NCBI RefSeq assembly: GCF_006345805.1 | Contig: NC_042998.1 | Location: forward strand, 185,504,001 to 185,568,000 | DNA: 64,000 nt | Direction: 5' to 3' | Source: Octopus sinensis | Lineage: Eukaryota | In this document: positions 36,357 to 49,603 of the stretch, piece after piece | Numbering within the stretch: position 1 is the first letter of the stretch | Layout of the letters: every line of letters starts with the position of its first letter | Notes under the pieces: model-generated | Databases searched by the model: none | The model's input: the letters and a program-made list of their open reading frames with translations, nothing else | Told to the model about the DNA's origin: nothing | Program-made: the position numbers and the translations under genes

Positions 36357-37283
36357 CCAAAAACCTGAACAAGAATGTAATGAAGGACGATACAAAGACG
36401 GACAGGAAAACAAAGATTGAACATTTGTGGCTTTCTATTCTTCAGTCAAGCTTTCAATCATCATTACATTTTCGGCCTTTTACACTTGAGACTGTTCAAA
36501 ATTGGTAGACCCCAAAAATCTAAGCTAAGGGCATTAAATTCTTGGAAGAAAGCGAGCGAATATGTGCAACAACACAGACAAATAAAATGAGAAAACGGAG
36601 AAAATGTTTCACGATTACGAACAGCAAGAATAACAAAAGGTGTCTTTCGACTAAAAGTACAAGTTAAGATAAGCTGGCGTGTGAAGTGGAGGCCTTACGG
36701 CAACAAACATAAATGAAAATCAGGAGACAGGAAAATAAGGCGTTGCGCGAGCGGCGGTCAGGCCAAGAAAGAAAGATCACGCTTGACTGAGCACTTTTCT
36801 TGAAATAATCCACACTTTGTATCAACTTTCCTCCTTTTTGACAAAGATATTTTGGATGAGGTAAAACAGAGTGAAATGTTGACCTAAAAAAAAAGAAAAC
36901 ACGTTGTTAGTCATTGTATTGATTTAAAAAATATATATTTATTGCAATACAATATTTTAAACAAATCAACAAATAACTTTAATGAGTTTTTCTATTAGGA
37001 ATTGAATCCTTGACACTATCATTAATCATGTTCAAACAATCAACATTCATCAGTGATAGAATTTCAATCACCAGACTGGCTTCAAGATGTAACATATGTC
37101 GTAGATATTACAGAGCACTTGAATAATCTGAACAAAATGCTGCAAGGCCGTAAATAAACTGTCACACAGTATTTTGAAAGCTTACGCGCATTCAAGTTGA
37201 AGCTAACTTTGTGTGAGACATAGTTATCAGGTGGTGACCCTGCTCATTTTCTTTGTCTAAAAGATGTTGTTGCAACCGCAGAT

Positions 37284-37656
37284 GTGGAAGCACTCCGTTG
37301 GTTACGACGATGAGGGTTCCGGTTGATCCGACAAACGGAACAGCCTGCTCGTGAAATTAACGTGTAAGTGGCTGAGCACTCCACAGACACGTGCACCCTT
37401 AACGTAGTTCTCGGGGATATTCAGCGTGACACAGAGTGACAAGGCCGGCCCTTTGAAATACAGGTACAACAGAAACAGGAAGAAAGAGTGAGAGAAAGTT
37501 GTGGTGATAGAGTACAGCAGGGATCACCACCATCCCTGCCGGAGCCTCGTGGAGCTTTAGGTGTTTTCGCTCAATAAACACTCACAACGCCCGGTCTGGG
37601 AATCGAAACCGCGATCCTACGACCGCGAGTCCGCTGCCCTAACCACTGGGCCATCG
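37284..37656 (-). mobile_element. SINE family A inserted in the hAT
   Basis: Family A sequence flanked by a cgcagat duplication (37277-37283 and 37657-37663). Confidence 0.9.
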
Positions 37657-38072
37657 CGCAGATAATGTTGACATGAATCGGTACAAAGACAATATCACAG
37701 GACTGCTGTGAGAGTTTGAGTAACGGTTTCAGATTTTTTTATGAACTTGAGACAGATTTCACAGTTTTTCACTCACCATTTACAGTCAACACCTCTGATC
37801 CACTCATCAACATCCAACTTGAAATAATTTAGATTTGAAGAATAAATTTACCTCGGTGGGCTTGGACGCATATTATCAGTATCTCTTGACAAAGTACCCC
37901 AAATTAACTGTCCTTGCTGTAAAACTTTTGCGCCTATTCGGGAAATAAAACTGCGCTCAAGGCTCACACACAAGCACCTAAATGACATCCTGAAATTGGC
38001 TGCTACTCAGGATTTGACAGCTAATATTGATGCGCTTGTGTTAGAGAAAAGGTGCCAAGTTTCAGGAGCATA

Positions 38073-38448
38073 TCTTTATATATAAAAGTGAAGTTGTGTG
38101 TCTGTCTCCTACGATTTAGATTCCTAACTACTCCCACATTTTGCGGTGCAGTGTAACCAAAAGTGGGTATCTTATAGTCGTGATTCATATCGAGCCCTTC
38201 TGGGTACTAGCACGCATCTACGATGAGTCTACGATTAAAAATAAAAAATTTACCATCAATTTTTCCTATTTTTAATGCATTTTTTTGCTATTATATAAGG
38301 GAAGTAACTCTCTAAAAATGTATTATTAAATCTCAGAACGTAAAAAGCTACAGTAACACCCTCCCTCTTTTGTGGTTAGCCATATTGAGATGGCTATTAT
38401 ACTTTACATCTCTAAAAATGCTCATATATCGCCGGGCGATACTGCTAG
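38073..38448 (+). mobile_element. Non-autonomous Helitron
   Basis: A|TC..CTAG|T boundaries, 5' tctttatatataaaa, subterminal hairpin tatcgcc-g-ggcgata. Confidence 0.75.
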
Positions 38449-39433
38449 TTAAAAATAAATGATAAAAAGTAATTAAAAAATGTTTTTTAATGTTTTCAAA
38501 GTGTTTTCTTAATATTTATAAATTGTATATATTTACAAGGCAGTGTGATAACTTCGTCTTCTTTAACGGTTCCCACAGTCACTTGTTCAATGTTTTGCAA
38601 AATAAAATTGCTCTTTAAACACGAACATCTTCAGAATGTACTTTTTTTTACGCTAAAACAATGGGAAAATTTTGAAATTGCTATTCACAGGTTCTAATAC
38701 CATGATCTCACTTCAGATCAAATTGGGTTGATATGTGGCCAGTGAACTAAAATGAGTTTGACATCCCTGTGTTAGACGGTTCGACTGGAGAGCTGCACCA
38801 GGTTCCAGTCTGATTTGGCATGGTTTCTACAGCTGGATGCCCTTCCTAACACCAACCACAACACCAGGAGTGTAATAGGTGCTTTTATGTGCCACTGACA
38901 TACACTGTATGTATGTATTATATATATACATATAATACGTCAAGAAATAACTATTATTTCTTTCAAAAGAGACAAAGAGTTAATAGGACTGTAAAAAAGA
39001 AGTGCTCAAATAAATGAGGCAAGGATAATTAAACATTGGTCATAGAACAAACATTAAAATGAGTTAACGACTTTATATACGGTATCAAACCTCCAAAATA
39101 CATCATATATAAATAAATACCATGGCTTTCATAATATATAAATCAAAATATAAAATATATAAGAATACAAATACAGAAAAACCACTAAAGGTAAAAAAAA
39201 ATATACATATATGTGAAAAAAAACACGTATAGGAACGTCCCATCAAAAAATGACTAAAAATTATAATTAATGCTAAAAATATGTCATGCTGAAAAAGTTG
39301 AGAAAGCGGTTAAACAAATAAAGAATTAAAAAGGTATTATAACCTCACTCACACCAAAAGGTAATAATCCATGAGTAAAACCCATGTAAGGCCAAACATC
39401 ATTTTTTACCACATCTATTTTTATTTCTATATA

Positions 39434-40729
39434 CGAGGGGCGTTCAATAAGTAATGCCCCTGACCCACTTCCCATAGCAGTAGAGCAACGAAACTTGGAA
39501 CAGTTATTAGTCTTTTTCTACATAGGAACCACCCAGAGTTACGCATTTCTCCCATTGTTTGATGCAGCTCTGAAGACCGTTTTTGTAGAAGACCCCAGCT
39601 TGGTCCTCCAACCACGACGTGACTTCAGAAATCAAGGCTGCATCATCTGGGAAACGCTTCCCTTTCAAAAACAACTTCATGGCTGGGAAGAGGTGAAAAT
39701 CAGAGGGTGCAAGGTCAGGAGAGTAGGGGGGATGGGGGATGAGTTCATAGCCATACGCCTGTGCTTCTGATCTGGCGACACGCGAGTTGTGGATCGGAGC
39801 GTTGTCCTGCAGGAGGAGGATGCCTTTGCTGATCTTGCCCCGTCTCTTGATTTTGATAGCTTCTCTTAATTTCCTCAAAAGTGAAGCATAATAGACTCCT
39901 GTAATTGTGGCACTCTTTGCCAGGAAATCTGTCTTCACTACTCTGTCCTGGTCCCAGAAGACTGTAAGCATGACCTTGCCAGCGGAGGGCTGCACCCTTG
40001 CCTTCTTTGGAGGAGGTGAGTCACGGTGCTTCCACTGCATTGACTGGGCTTTGGTCTCTGGATCATAGTGATGGACCCAGGTTTTATCCTATGCAATCAG
40101 TCTTTTGAAAAATTTTGACTCATCTTTTTGGCACATCTCCAAATTCATCCTCGAGCAATCGACGCGTTCTTGCTTCTGGAAAGGTGTGAGCAACCTGGGA
40201 ATCCATCTGGCAGACACCTTTTGCATATGCAAATGGTAATGAATGATAGTTTCCACAGACCCGGTACTAATCTTGACCTCATGGGCTATTTGGCGAATAG
40301 TTATGCGTCGATCTTCCAAAATGGCAGCCTCAACCTGACGGACAGACAGATGCCTTATCAATGGCAGAAGGGGGCGACCAGATCTGGGAGCTGTTTCCAC
40401 AGAGTTCCGACCATGTTTGAATTCATGATGCCAGCGTTTTACAAGGTCATATGATGGGGCATCATCACCATAAGTTACTTTCATTTCATCAAAAGTCTCC
40501 CGTGGTGTGCGTCCTTTCAAATACAAAAACCGGATCACTGCTCGACACTCAACATGCTCCATTTCACACTTGACTCAGTTCAAACACCTGTAAATCGGAC
40601 ACCACAATTAGTTCGGAGCTGTAATTTGCCACTTAATCTATAGAGATATAAATAATTGCACATGCAAAATTTCAGCTAGATCAAACAACTGCAAGTGGGT
40701 CAGGGGCATTACTTATTGAACGCCCCACG
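39434..40729 (-). mobile_element. Full-length mariner (DD34D) transposon, 1296 bp
   Basis: 37-bp TIRs with 1 mismatch and TA duplication; WIPRLL, DKTWVHHYDP, QDNAPIH, YSPDLAPSD (34-residue spacing); one stop at 40089-40091 and a short compensated frameshift. Confidence 0.96.
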
Positions 40730-40731
40730 TA

Positions 40732-40910
40732 CCCTCAAAAAAGTGGAAGAGAAATTGTGATTGCAAAAGGGGATCTCTTCAGCAAATTTATTTAATGTTT
40801 TGGGCCTGAAAGACCTAAGGATAGCAAAGGATTCCCTCACACATAGCTTACATTTATTAATATTAACTCTAAAGATTGGGGCCCTCGAAATAATGGACCA
40901 TTCCAAGGAG
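40732..40910 (-). mobile_element. Penelope GIY-YIG C-terminal remnant, second family
   Basis: WSIISRA..NKCKLCVRE..ILR..TLNK..E..FCNH fits the PLE endonuclease tail. Confidence 0.65.
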
Positions 40911-40924
40911 TGTCTTTTATTATT

Positions 40925-41870
40925 CCTCTTTAGAAGGTGTATGCACCAACTGCAAATGAAGTCTCTGTTATTTTACCCAATACAAAGCAAGATGCATCCC
41001 TCTTGTATATCGTCTTAAAGGAAAGAGGAGTCGAACTAACCATAAATTCGGAAACTCATCGTTCGTATGACCCATTGCAGTACGTTCTCTTTTTTCCTGA
41101 AGGTAACAATGGGTGGAACATCCACTTGAATATGACAAACAATAAGCGATTGACAATCAAGAAATATTATGCCAACGATATTTGGTCGATCAAGCTGCAA
41201 AAATCGAATCTAATAACCTCTTTTTTTTTATATATAGCATCAAGTTTATTTAAGAAGTACAACATACAAGGAACTAACGGATGCCATGAATGACAATGAT
41301 GATTTTAATGACGTTGAAAAAAAGATCTTACTTCCCTCAAAATTTACTGGGGGTCAAAGATACATAGCTGAATAGCAGGGGGTTGCCATGGAAATTTTGA
41401 GGAGACACGGAATACCATCGTTGTTCAATACACTCACTTGTAATTCCGAGTGGCCAGAAATTACTCAAAATCTTTTTCCTGGATAGGTGGCATCTGACAG
41501 GCCAGATTTGATTGCAAGAGTTTTCCATCTGAAGAAACACGTGTTTATGGACTTGATTGTCAAAAGAAAACTCTGGGGTAAAGTCAAAGCACATACTCAT
41601 ACCGCTGAATATAAAAAAAACCTGGGTTGCTACACTTGCATGCCCTTTTTTGGTTGCTAAACAATATAAGGTCAAATGAGATTGATGACTATGTACGAGC
41701 AGAAATCCCAGATCCAGCAACAGATAAGGAACTACATTATTTAGACGTTATTGATATGATTCACGGTCCATATTGCAATGCAGATTTTCCATGCTGGAAG
41801 AATGGATCATGCTCCAAGAGATTTCTCCAAAAATACTTGCAAAGTACTGTCCGCGGAGAAGATTTTTTAT
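40925..41870 (+). mobile_element. Decayed Helitron Rep domain
   Basis: YAPTANEV..SETHRSYDPLQYVLFFPEG; LPSKFTGGQRY; TCNSEWPEI; HLHALFWL; AEIPDP..MIHGP. Confidence 0.9.
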
Positions 41871-42149
41871 CCTCTTAATTGTTTTTTCTTAAAAGGAAAA
41901 TTACTATACTTTCTCTTTTCCTCCCTTAATCTGCATTTGCATTGCGGAAATTTTGGACTGTGTTTCTTCCCTGTACTGTCGAATGGCTTCTATAGGTATA
42001 ACATGGAGTTTGAAATTTACGGAAGGGAATTTCTGTCTATTTTTCTACCCTTTCATTGAAATGATAAAGATTACAGTTTCAAACAAAATAGTGTTTTTTT
42101 TCCCTTTGCCGCCGCGCATTCACATAGTCAACTTGGAGTGGTACATCTA

Positions 42150-42343
42150 GTGACCGCGTGTGTACCTTTGGCGATTTTTCCCCCTCCGTCTTCCCTTCTT
42201 TGGATGTTTCCTTTTCCTGTGTTTCTGACAAAGAGCTCCGCTCGAAACGTTAAACCCTCCTTCTTTCCTGAGCGTCCAATAATACTATACTTGTTCCACG
42301 TCCTCGCGTTGTGTTTTCTCTTTGTGTTTTCATGTTTGGATTA

Positions 42344-42406
<63 letters not shown>

Positions 42407-42566
42407 ATGCAAATGGTTTTGTTATACGGCGCCATGATTTATATAAGCTTAAAGCTGATGGTAATCACCATGCACTGACTAAGGAAAATAGTTTAATAAA
42501 GGGGCATATAAACCCTCGACAGAAAAAAGAAGGCTTTCCTATCCGCGTGGGACTCGAACCCACATT

Positions 42567-42623
<57 letters not shown>

Positions 42624-42795
42624 GTGTGTGTGTGTGTGTGTGCATAAGAAATGTATTACCTTGATGCTCAGTGAAAGAGAGTTTGACGTTTCAAGCATAG
42701 CTCTTTGTCGGAAAAAAGTAAGGGAAAAGTTTGAAGATGGAGAAGAAATCACCAACGGTATACGTGTAGTTATCTACTACATATGTCGGTGTGTG
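42150..42795. mobile_element. Two related HHR-bearing PLE-derived repeats in convergent orientation
   Basis: 42221-42255 plus: GUUU-CUGACAA-A-GAGC(ucc)GCUC-GAAAC-GUU-AAAC. 42681-42714 minus: CCGACAA-A-GAGC(uau)GCUU-GAAAC-GUC. Confidence 0.6.
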
Positions 42796-43429
42796 TTTGT
42801 TTGTGGTGTTGTTAGCTAACTCCTCCTACGTTGTTTTATTGATTTTGAGGAAACTTGACAGGTGAGTAAAACTCATGTCTAGAAACCCTGTGACATAGTT
42901 AGATAGTTGGAAAAAATCGATAATACAGCCCCTGGAAGGGACCTTTATATCTATCTCATATAACTATTTTTAAACACCCAAGGGAAATAACCCATAGCAT
43001 CTGCACAATATTTTTTCTAAACAAACAAAGAAAATAATCCATTTCATTGTTTATGTTCGATTACTTTGAATATTGATTTTTTGTGTCCTATTTCTAATTT
43101 TTGCAGAAAAATATCATTTTATTTGACACGTGGGTAGAACTCATGTCTGGAAACCTTGTGACGTACTTAGATTGTTGAAAACTTGATAATAGGATCCTTC
43201 CATCTACTACACATTACTACATATTACTAATATTTTATTTAAACAACCCAAGGGAACTAACCCACACCACCTGCAGTTTTTAGCGAAGTGTTCAATATTT
43301 GATTCTCACGATCAGCCGACCTAATTCTTCATTTCAATACTCACAGTTTTGAACTGCTAAACATTATTATTGCAATTCCTTAATTTGAATCTTAAACTTT
43401 AAAGACTTCATTCATACATTTCTATGCAT

Positions 43430-43860
43430 ACATACTTTTTTGAATGCCCATTACTCCGATAATTCTGCATTTTTACAGTTGCACTTTTTCCATGACAGTA
43501 GATAATTTTTTTTATTTCACAACGTATTTGTAGTGGTTTTATGCAGGCATAGCGTGGATTCGTTCCTCGATTGCCAAATTTCACTTAACACTTCAACAGC
43601 TCTTTTCTCACGGTAAAACAATAGTTTTTCTGTGAATGACAGCAGTTATACATTTCCCTTTGCTAAGCAAAATAATGTCTTTGCCGCTTGACCCTTCTAA
43701 CCTCTTCTAGGCCACCACTGGCTGGAATGGAGATAACAGACCTCGAACGAAATCATGTGTTCTCAACAATATGTCTGTCCTGGTTGCTTTTCGTTAGTTA
43801 TAAAAACAAGAACTCCGTAAGCTAAAGGCAGTTACTGAGAGCGACCATCAGTGAGTGTGA
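43430..43860 (+). repeat. Unclassified dispersed repeat
   Basis: gcaggcatagcgtggattcg..ttttctcacggt(a/g)aaacaatagtttttctgtga recurs at 55580-56030 (plus) and 47330-47750 (minus). Confidence 0.8.
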
Positions 43861-44139
43861 ATGTTATTATTGCACTTTCTTCAAACACTTCATTCATATA
43901 TTTATATAACCTCTCTCACCAACCTCCGACAATCTTTCTCGCTAACCTCCGAAAACCTCTCTCTCCAACCTCAACAATCTCTCCCTCCTCCAGCTGACAG
44001 TTTTTTGTACTTTTTCGCAACGGAAAATACACCTTTTGTGGCAGTTTTTATAAGAAAACGAAATTGCTTTCTTATATCAGAGTAATAAGGCGTTTCAATA
44101 GAACATCTTTACCCCCGTGAATTACTGGGTACACCAGCT

Positions 44140-44375
44140 CTCTCTCTCTCCCCGTCTGTCTTGATATACAATGGGTCGCGCCAAGGGTGGGGCCTACTTT
44201 GATGATGAGCAGCGTCTGCTGTGACTGAACAGTCCAATTCTAGAGTGGCAGTCCCTGGTGCAGTTGCTGCACACGAACATCGATGGGTACGTGTGGGGTG
44301 TTGCTGCAGTTGTCCTCCTCCTGTCCCGCCTGTCCGACCACAACTGTGCTCTCCTTTCCTCAGCCATGGAAACGC
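44140..44375 (-). mobile_element. RTE LINE extreme 3' end
   Basis: CSNCTRDCHSRIGLFSHSRRC terminal zinc-finger motif followed by a short 3' UTR. Confidence 0.8.
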
Positions 44376-44382
44376 CAGCTAG

Positions 44383-44995
<613 letters not shown>

Positions 44996-45007
44996 TTATC
45001 AGGGGGC

Positions 45008-46260
45008 GTATGATCACTGAAAGTATGTTGCTCCACCTCCAAAACACAGCCTCTATCTCTGATTCCCAGCACGGCTTCGTGCCGAAGAGATCATGCTTTA
45101 CCAACTTACTGGTAATGGAAGAATTGGTGACGCGTATCCTGGATGATGGTGATGCTGTTGACATCGTTTTATTGGACTTTGCCAAAGCTTTTGACTCGGT
45201 TAACCACCGCCTATTACTTGTCAAGCTTCAAGCATATAGTTTCCATCCGGATATTGTACGATGGGTTGGTGCCTTCCTCTCAGATCGTTCCTTCCAAGTC
45301 CAAGTTAATGTCCAACGTCTCCAGTGCGAGCAGTGGCGTGCCTCAAGGTTCAGTGCTTGGGCCCTCATTGTTCTTAGTCTTCATAAATGACTTGCCCGAC
45401 GACCTCACGCATCACACCCCTCTATTTGCCGATGATGTCAAACTGGTCGCTCCTCGCAGTGATTTAGATGATCTTCGTCGATGCCTCCACCAAGTTTGGA
45501 GATGGTCTAACGAATGGGACCTGTGTCTGAACGTGTCAAAGTGCTGTCATCTGCCCGTTGGCTCTTCTCCTGCAACTCAACTTGATTTCGAGCAGGGTCG
45601 TCTGCTGCTGGAGAGGACCGACCAGGTAAAGGACCTGGGTATCTTGGTAGATTCTTCCTTTTCGCCTTCGGCCCAATGCGTCCATGCTGCCAACAAAGCA
45701 CGCGGAGTTCTGTTTTTGATTCGACGGTCATTCGGAATGCTCACAGCAGCCATATTCCCACCGCTCTATGACACGCTGTTGAGACCCATATTGGAGTACG
45801 GGATTCAAGCCTCTTCTCCTTATCTCCTCAAAGACATACATCATCTCGAAAGAGTCCAGAAGCTGGCTACCCGCATGGTTCTTGGTCTCAAGCATTTGTC
45901 TTATGAAGAAAGGCTGAAGACGCTCGACCTTTATTCTCTAGAAAAACGACGACGCCGTGGTGATTTCATTCTTGCTCACAACATCATAAGCGGAAAGTGT
46001 AACCTCTCGAAAGAACTGTTCTCCACTCTTGCTCCAGAACGTCTCAATTGAAGGGGCTTTCTCTGCCCAGGTTGCAGATCCGTGGAATAAGTTGCCGGAC
46101 GAGATGGGAAGATGCCGACGACCGCTCGGTTCAAAGTCTCTCTTGACCAGAAATGGCCTGAACTCTTTACATGAACACCACCCTGTACATAACTCCATGT
46201 CCCCTTACATGGCCTTGCTTTTTGGTTTTTTGCTTTTTTTAACTAACTTAACTAAGTAGG
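45008..46260 (+). mobile_element. CR1-clade LINE, 5'-truncated RT
   Basis: QHGFVPKRSC.TNLL, LDFAKAFDSV, GVPQGSVLGPSLF, LFADDVKL, KDLGILVD, LERVQKLATR; few frameshifts. Confidence 0.93.
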
Positions 46261-46272
46261 AGATCCGGTAGT

Positions 46273-46429
<157 letters not shown>

Positions 46430-46469
46430 ATTCAATTTATCACTTTCATTATTTAAATTTTAAATAATT

Positions 46470-46900
46470 ATGTTCTCTAACCGGCAACATTAACTGCAGT
46501 GAATTATTCTGGGATTTAGCGCACCGAAATTGTGACATTTGAAAGTAACCCCAATGTAACCGCAGAACTGTACATACGTCTAATTTAATGAGGACAATTC
46601 GTATATAATTCTACAATTTATATTGAATTAGAACGATCGTACTGAAGAGTCCACGGACGATGTTACGTAAGTAAAGTCGTTAATGACGAAATCAGTCTAC
46701 GATTAATTCTTTATATCGTATATTTTCATCTGTCTTACTCGCTTATGTTCTGGTGTTTGCTGAATTTCTCTAGAGAAATTATTTTCTTTGTGGTTAGATC
46801 GTAGGTGATCTTCTTCTAGCATATTGGGTGTCCACTTAGTGGTCATCCATATTATACGCATGTAATACAATTTTTCTGAGGTTTCAGATTTTTCTATACG
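46470..46900 (+). mobile_element. Dispersed repeat carrying an HHR-like core (46636-46703)
   Basis: AUCGUA-CUGAAGA-GUCCACGGAC-GA..GUC-UACGAU; reverse copy at 62490-62830. Confidence 0.6.
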
Positions 46901-47899
46901 CTAGGCTACTGGTTTTAAATTGATGTTAATTAAATTAATATTCAATTTATCACCCTCATTACTTAAATTATGTATATATGTAACGGTAGAAGTTAATTAG
47001 TGTAACGGTTGAGTCACCAATTTGTAACGGTTGAAATTAATTTTTAAAAACAATAGTATGGAACGTCGGAGTCGTATTCAGTTTGTAAGAATTGTTCTTC
47101 GTTGATTGCCATTATGTAAAGATAAAAGAACAGCGATTGAAGTTGTGAAGAAAATATTTATTTACCGTTACAATGTAAAATATCTTGCCTCGACGGGCAG
47201 ATGATAAAATCGGAAAGCATGCGAAGTAAAGATAGATGTCGTAGATTTTCCTTGAATAGTTTGTGTTTGTGTTCTCGTCATTGTGCAGTAGCAATTACAG
47301 ATAGAGATAGAGTGATGTTGTAAGAGAAAAATAAAGCGAGCTAGTGAGAGAGTGTGGGACGAAACAACTGCTTCGCTGGTGAGTTACCATAGTTGTCCTT
47401 TTGTGCCCTTTTCTTTTGTGACGGCGTTTGTTCAGCCGGTCAGCCAGACTCCGTTCTCACTAACTCGCTGATTTTGCTTGGGGGTTCTTGTTTTTATAAC
47501 TATCCAGAAGGAAAGACATATTGTTGAGAACAATAGATTTCGTTGGTGGTACTTGTTATCTTAATTCTAGCTTTTGGTGCCCTGTAAGAGGTCAGAAGGA
47601 TCAAGTGGCGAAGACATTATTTTGCTTAGCTAAGGCATCTGGCAAATGTAAACTGCTGTCAAAGAAAAACTATTGTTTTACCGTGAGAAAAGTGATGTTG
47701 AAGTGTTAATTTAAATTTGGTTATCTAGGATCGAATCTACATCATGCCTGCAAAATACACTACATATATAATCTTAACGAATTCCGTTTTATGAACTTGA
47801 TGCTAATTTAGAATCTTCACTCTCTCACCAATCTGTAGTTCTTACTTGTATTCACCTGATGAAAACGGTCTTTTTTGCATGATGTAACATTATTAATAT

Positions 47900-48177
47900 A
47901 GTTCTATATTTAAGAGATGAGGAATTATGTACATTATTTACATTTGACGGATATTTGTCCTCATCTTGTTTGTTGTTGACACAACATTTCGGCTGATGGG
48001 GAAATTTGGAACCTGGGTTCTCATTCCTAAGGTATTTTTTCGATGTTACTGGTGTTGTTCATGTCACTGCCTAGAATCGAACTCAGAATCTTAGTGTTAG
48101 TAGCCGCGCTCTTAACGCACTACGGCATATGCTCGTGGGCAATTATGGAGTTAATTTTAGGGCTTATACATCTAACA
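47900..48177 (-). mobile_element. Third copy of the tRNA-like + HHR element, HHR partly deleted
   Basis: Shares agttctatatttaagagatgaggaatta.., cacaacatttcggctgat and gggaaatttggaacctgggttctc with 10715-11165. Confidence 0.8.
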
Positions 48178-49462
48178 TTCTCCTATCCTTCCTTAATACC
48201 AGTTCCCATATGCTACTCATATCTAGAACTAAGTTAAAGAATGTGTGATCTTTCAGCTATGTATAGCTTGCATCTCTTTGATCCATTTACATAAAGTGTA
48301 GATTTCTCCATGATGATCCACTTGGTTGTTTGTGGTGTCCAGTTGGTCTTCAGATTTCATGTATATAGAGCCAACTATGTGTCAGAAAGAAGACATCCTG
48401 TAGATTGTGGTAAAACAGTCTCTTAGCTTCTAGCTCATACATGGCTTGTATAGATAAATCGGGTGGGGGTGTAATAAATACATCTGAATGAGATCTGTCA
48501 CCAAGGTAAGATGCCTTGGTGATATTAAAACTGTTCAAAGAATCCCTCCTGTCCAGAGCTTCCAACTGAACTTAACAATACTGCGTCAAACTGTGAAAAT
48601 AATATCTATCTCCTTTCTTGTTAGATCAAAGTTTCCCATTGGATTTATTTCACAAGATAGAAGAAACACTAGATTAATAATTATCTATAACTACTTGAAT
48701 GAATTATCCTTATGTCTTAAAACTCTAAACCAATTAACATCAGTGGACCATAGTGGACCACAGGTCAAGTGTAAGATTAACACTAAGGTTAAGTTAAATA
48801 CGGTCTAAAACTAATTCACTAATCTATCCACTATAGCTACCATCCTACATACAACATCATAGAGGGGATGAGGAACAAATCTGGTTTTGATTGAATTCTA
48901 ATCAATTTGTATCATCCGATAGATTCCGATGTCGTTACTTGGAGACAGTCCTCAGTCATCTGGACTTTGTCCTATTTTCAGAGGCTACATGGCTTCAAAG
49001 ACTAGCAACGTCTTTTCAGTTGTAAGACTAAACGGCAACCTATTGAAATTGTTTTGAATTAGATGATTGGTTCGTCATGGGTATTGCATTTTATACATAC
49101 CGACTTCTAGTCACTATATATAAGTAGAGGTGTTGGGAGGCATTCTGTTTGAAGTGAGATGCAGGAGTATTATATCAATATATGCGGGGGATGTCTCCAT
49201 TATAGTGCTATACACAAAAGTCAAGGTGGAAGGCACTGTTCTACAGGAATATGAGGCAGTGACAGGAGCAAATAATTAATCAAATAAATACTTATAGTGT
49301 GGTACTTGGAGAAACAAGTCCGTGGTACCTGTCAGTGACATAAAGCGCTGAACTAATGAATCAAGTTGCTTGAGTTCTGGTTTGAATTGGGTCACTAATC
49401 TCACAAAGAAACGGGCTGAAAAGAAGCTGTTTTTGAAAAGTCGGTCAGAGGTAGTGAACACG

Positions 49463-49603
49463 TACCGTATTTTGTCAAAAATTAGGTTAAAAAATATGGG
49501 AGTTTCTTATACATGGCTAGTATTATAATCCCTTACAAAACCTGTTTTTCCAAATTTAAGCATCCAAAATTAGGGGTTTCTTTATACACGTTAAAATGCG
49601 GTA
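49463..49603. mobile_element. Tc1/pogo-type MITE
   Basis: Termini taccgtattt / aaatgcggta. Confidence 0.55.

Larger units (their letters stand above)
37020..38769 (+). mobile_element. Decayed hAT (Charlie/SPIN-like) transposon, 3' half
   Basis: DWLQDVTYVVDITEHLNNLNKMLQG..AFKLKL; ..DALVLEKRCQVSG; terminus gagtttgacatccctg. Confidence 0.8.
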
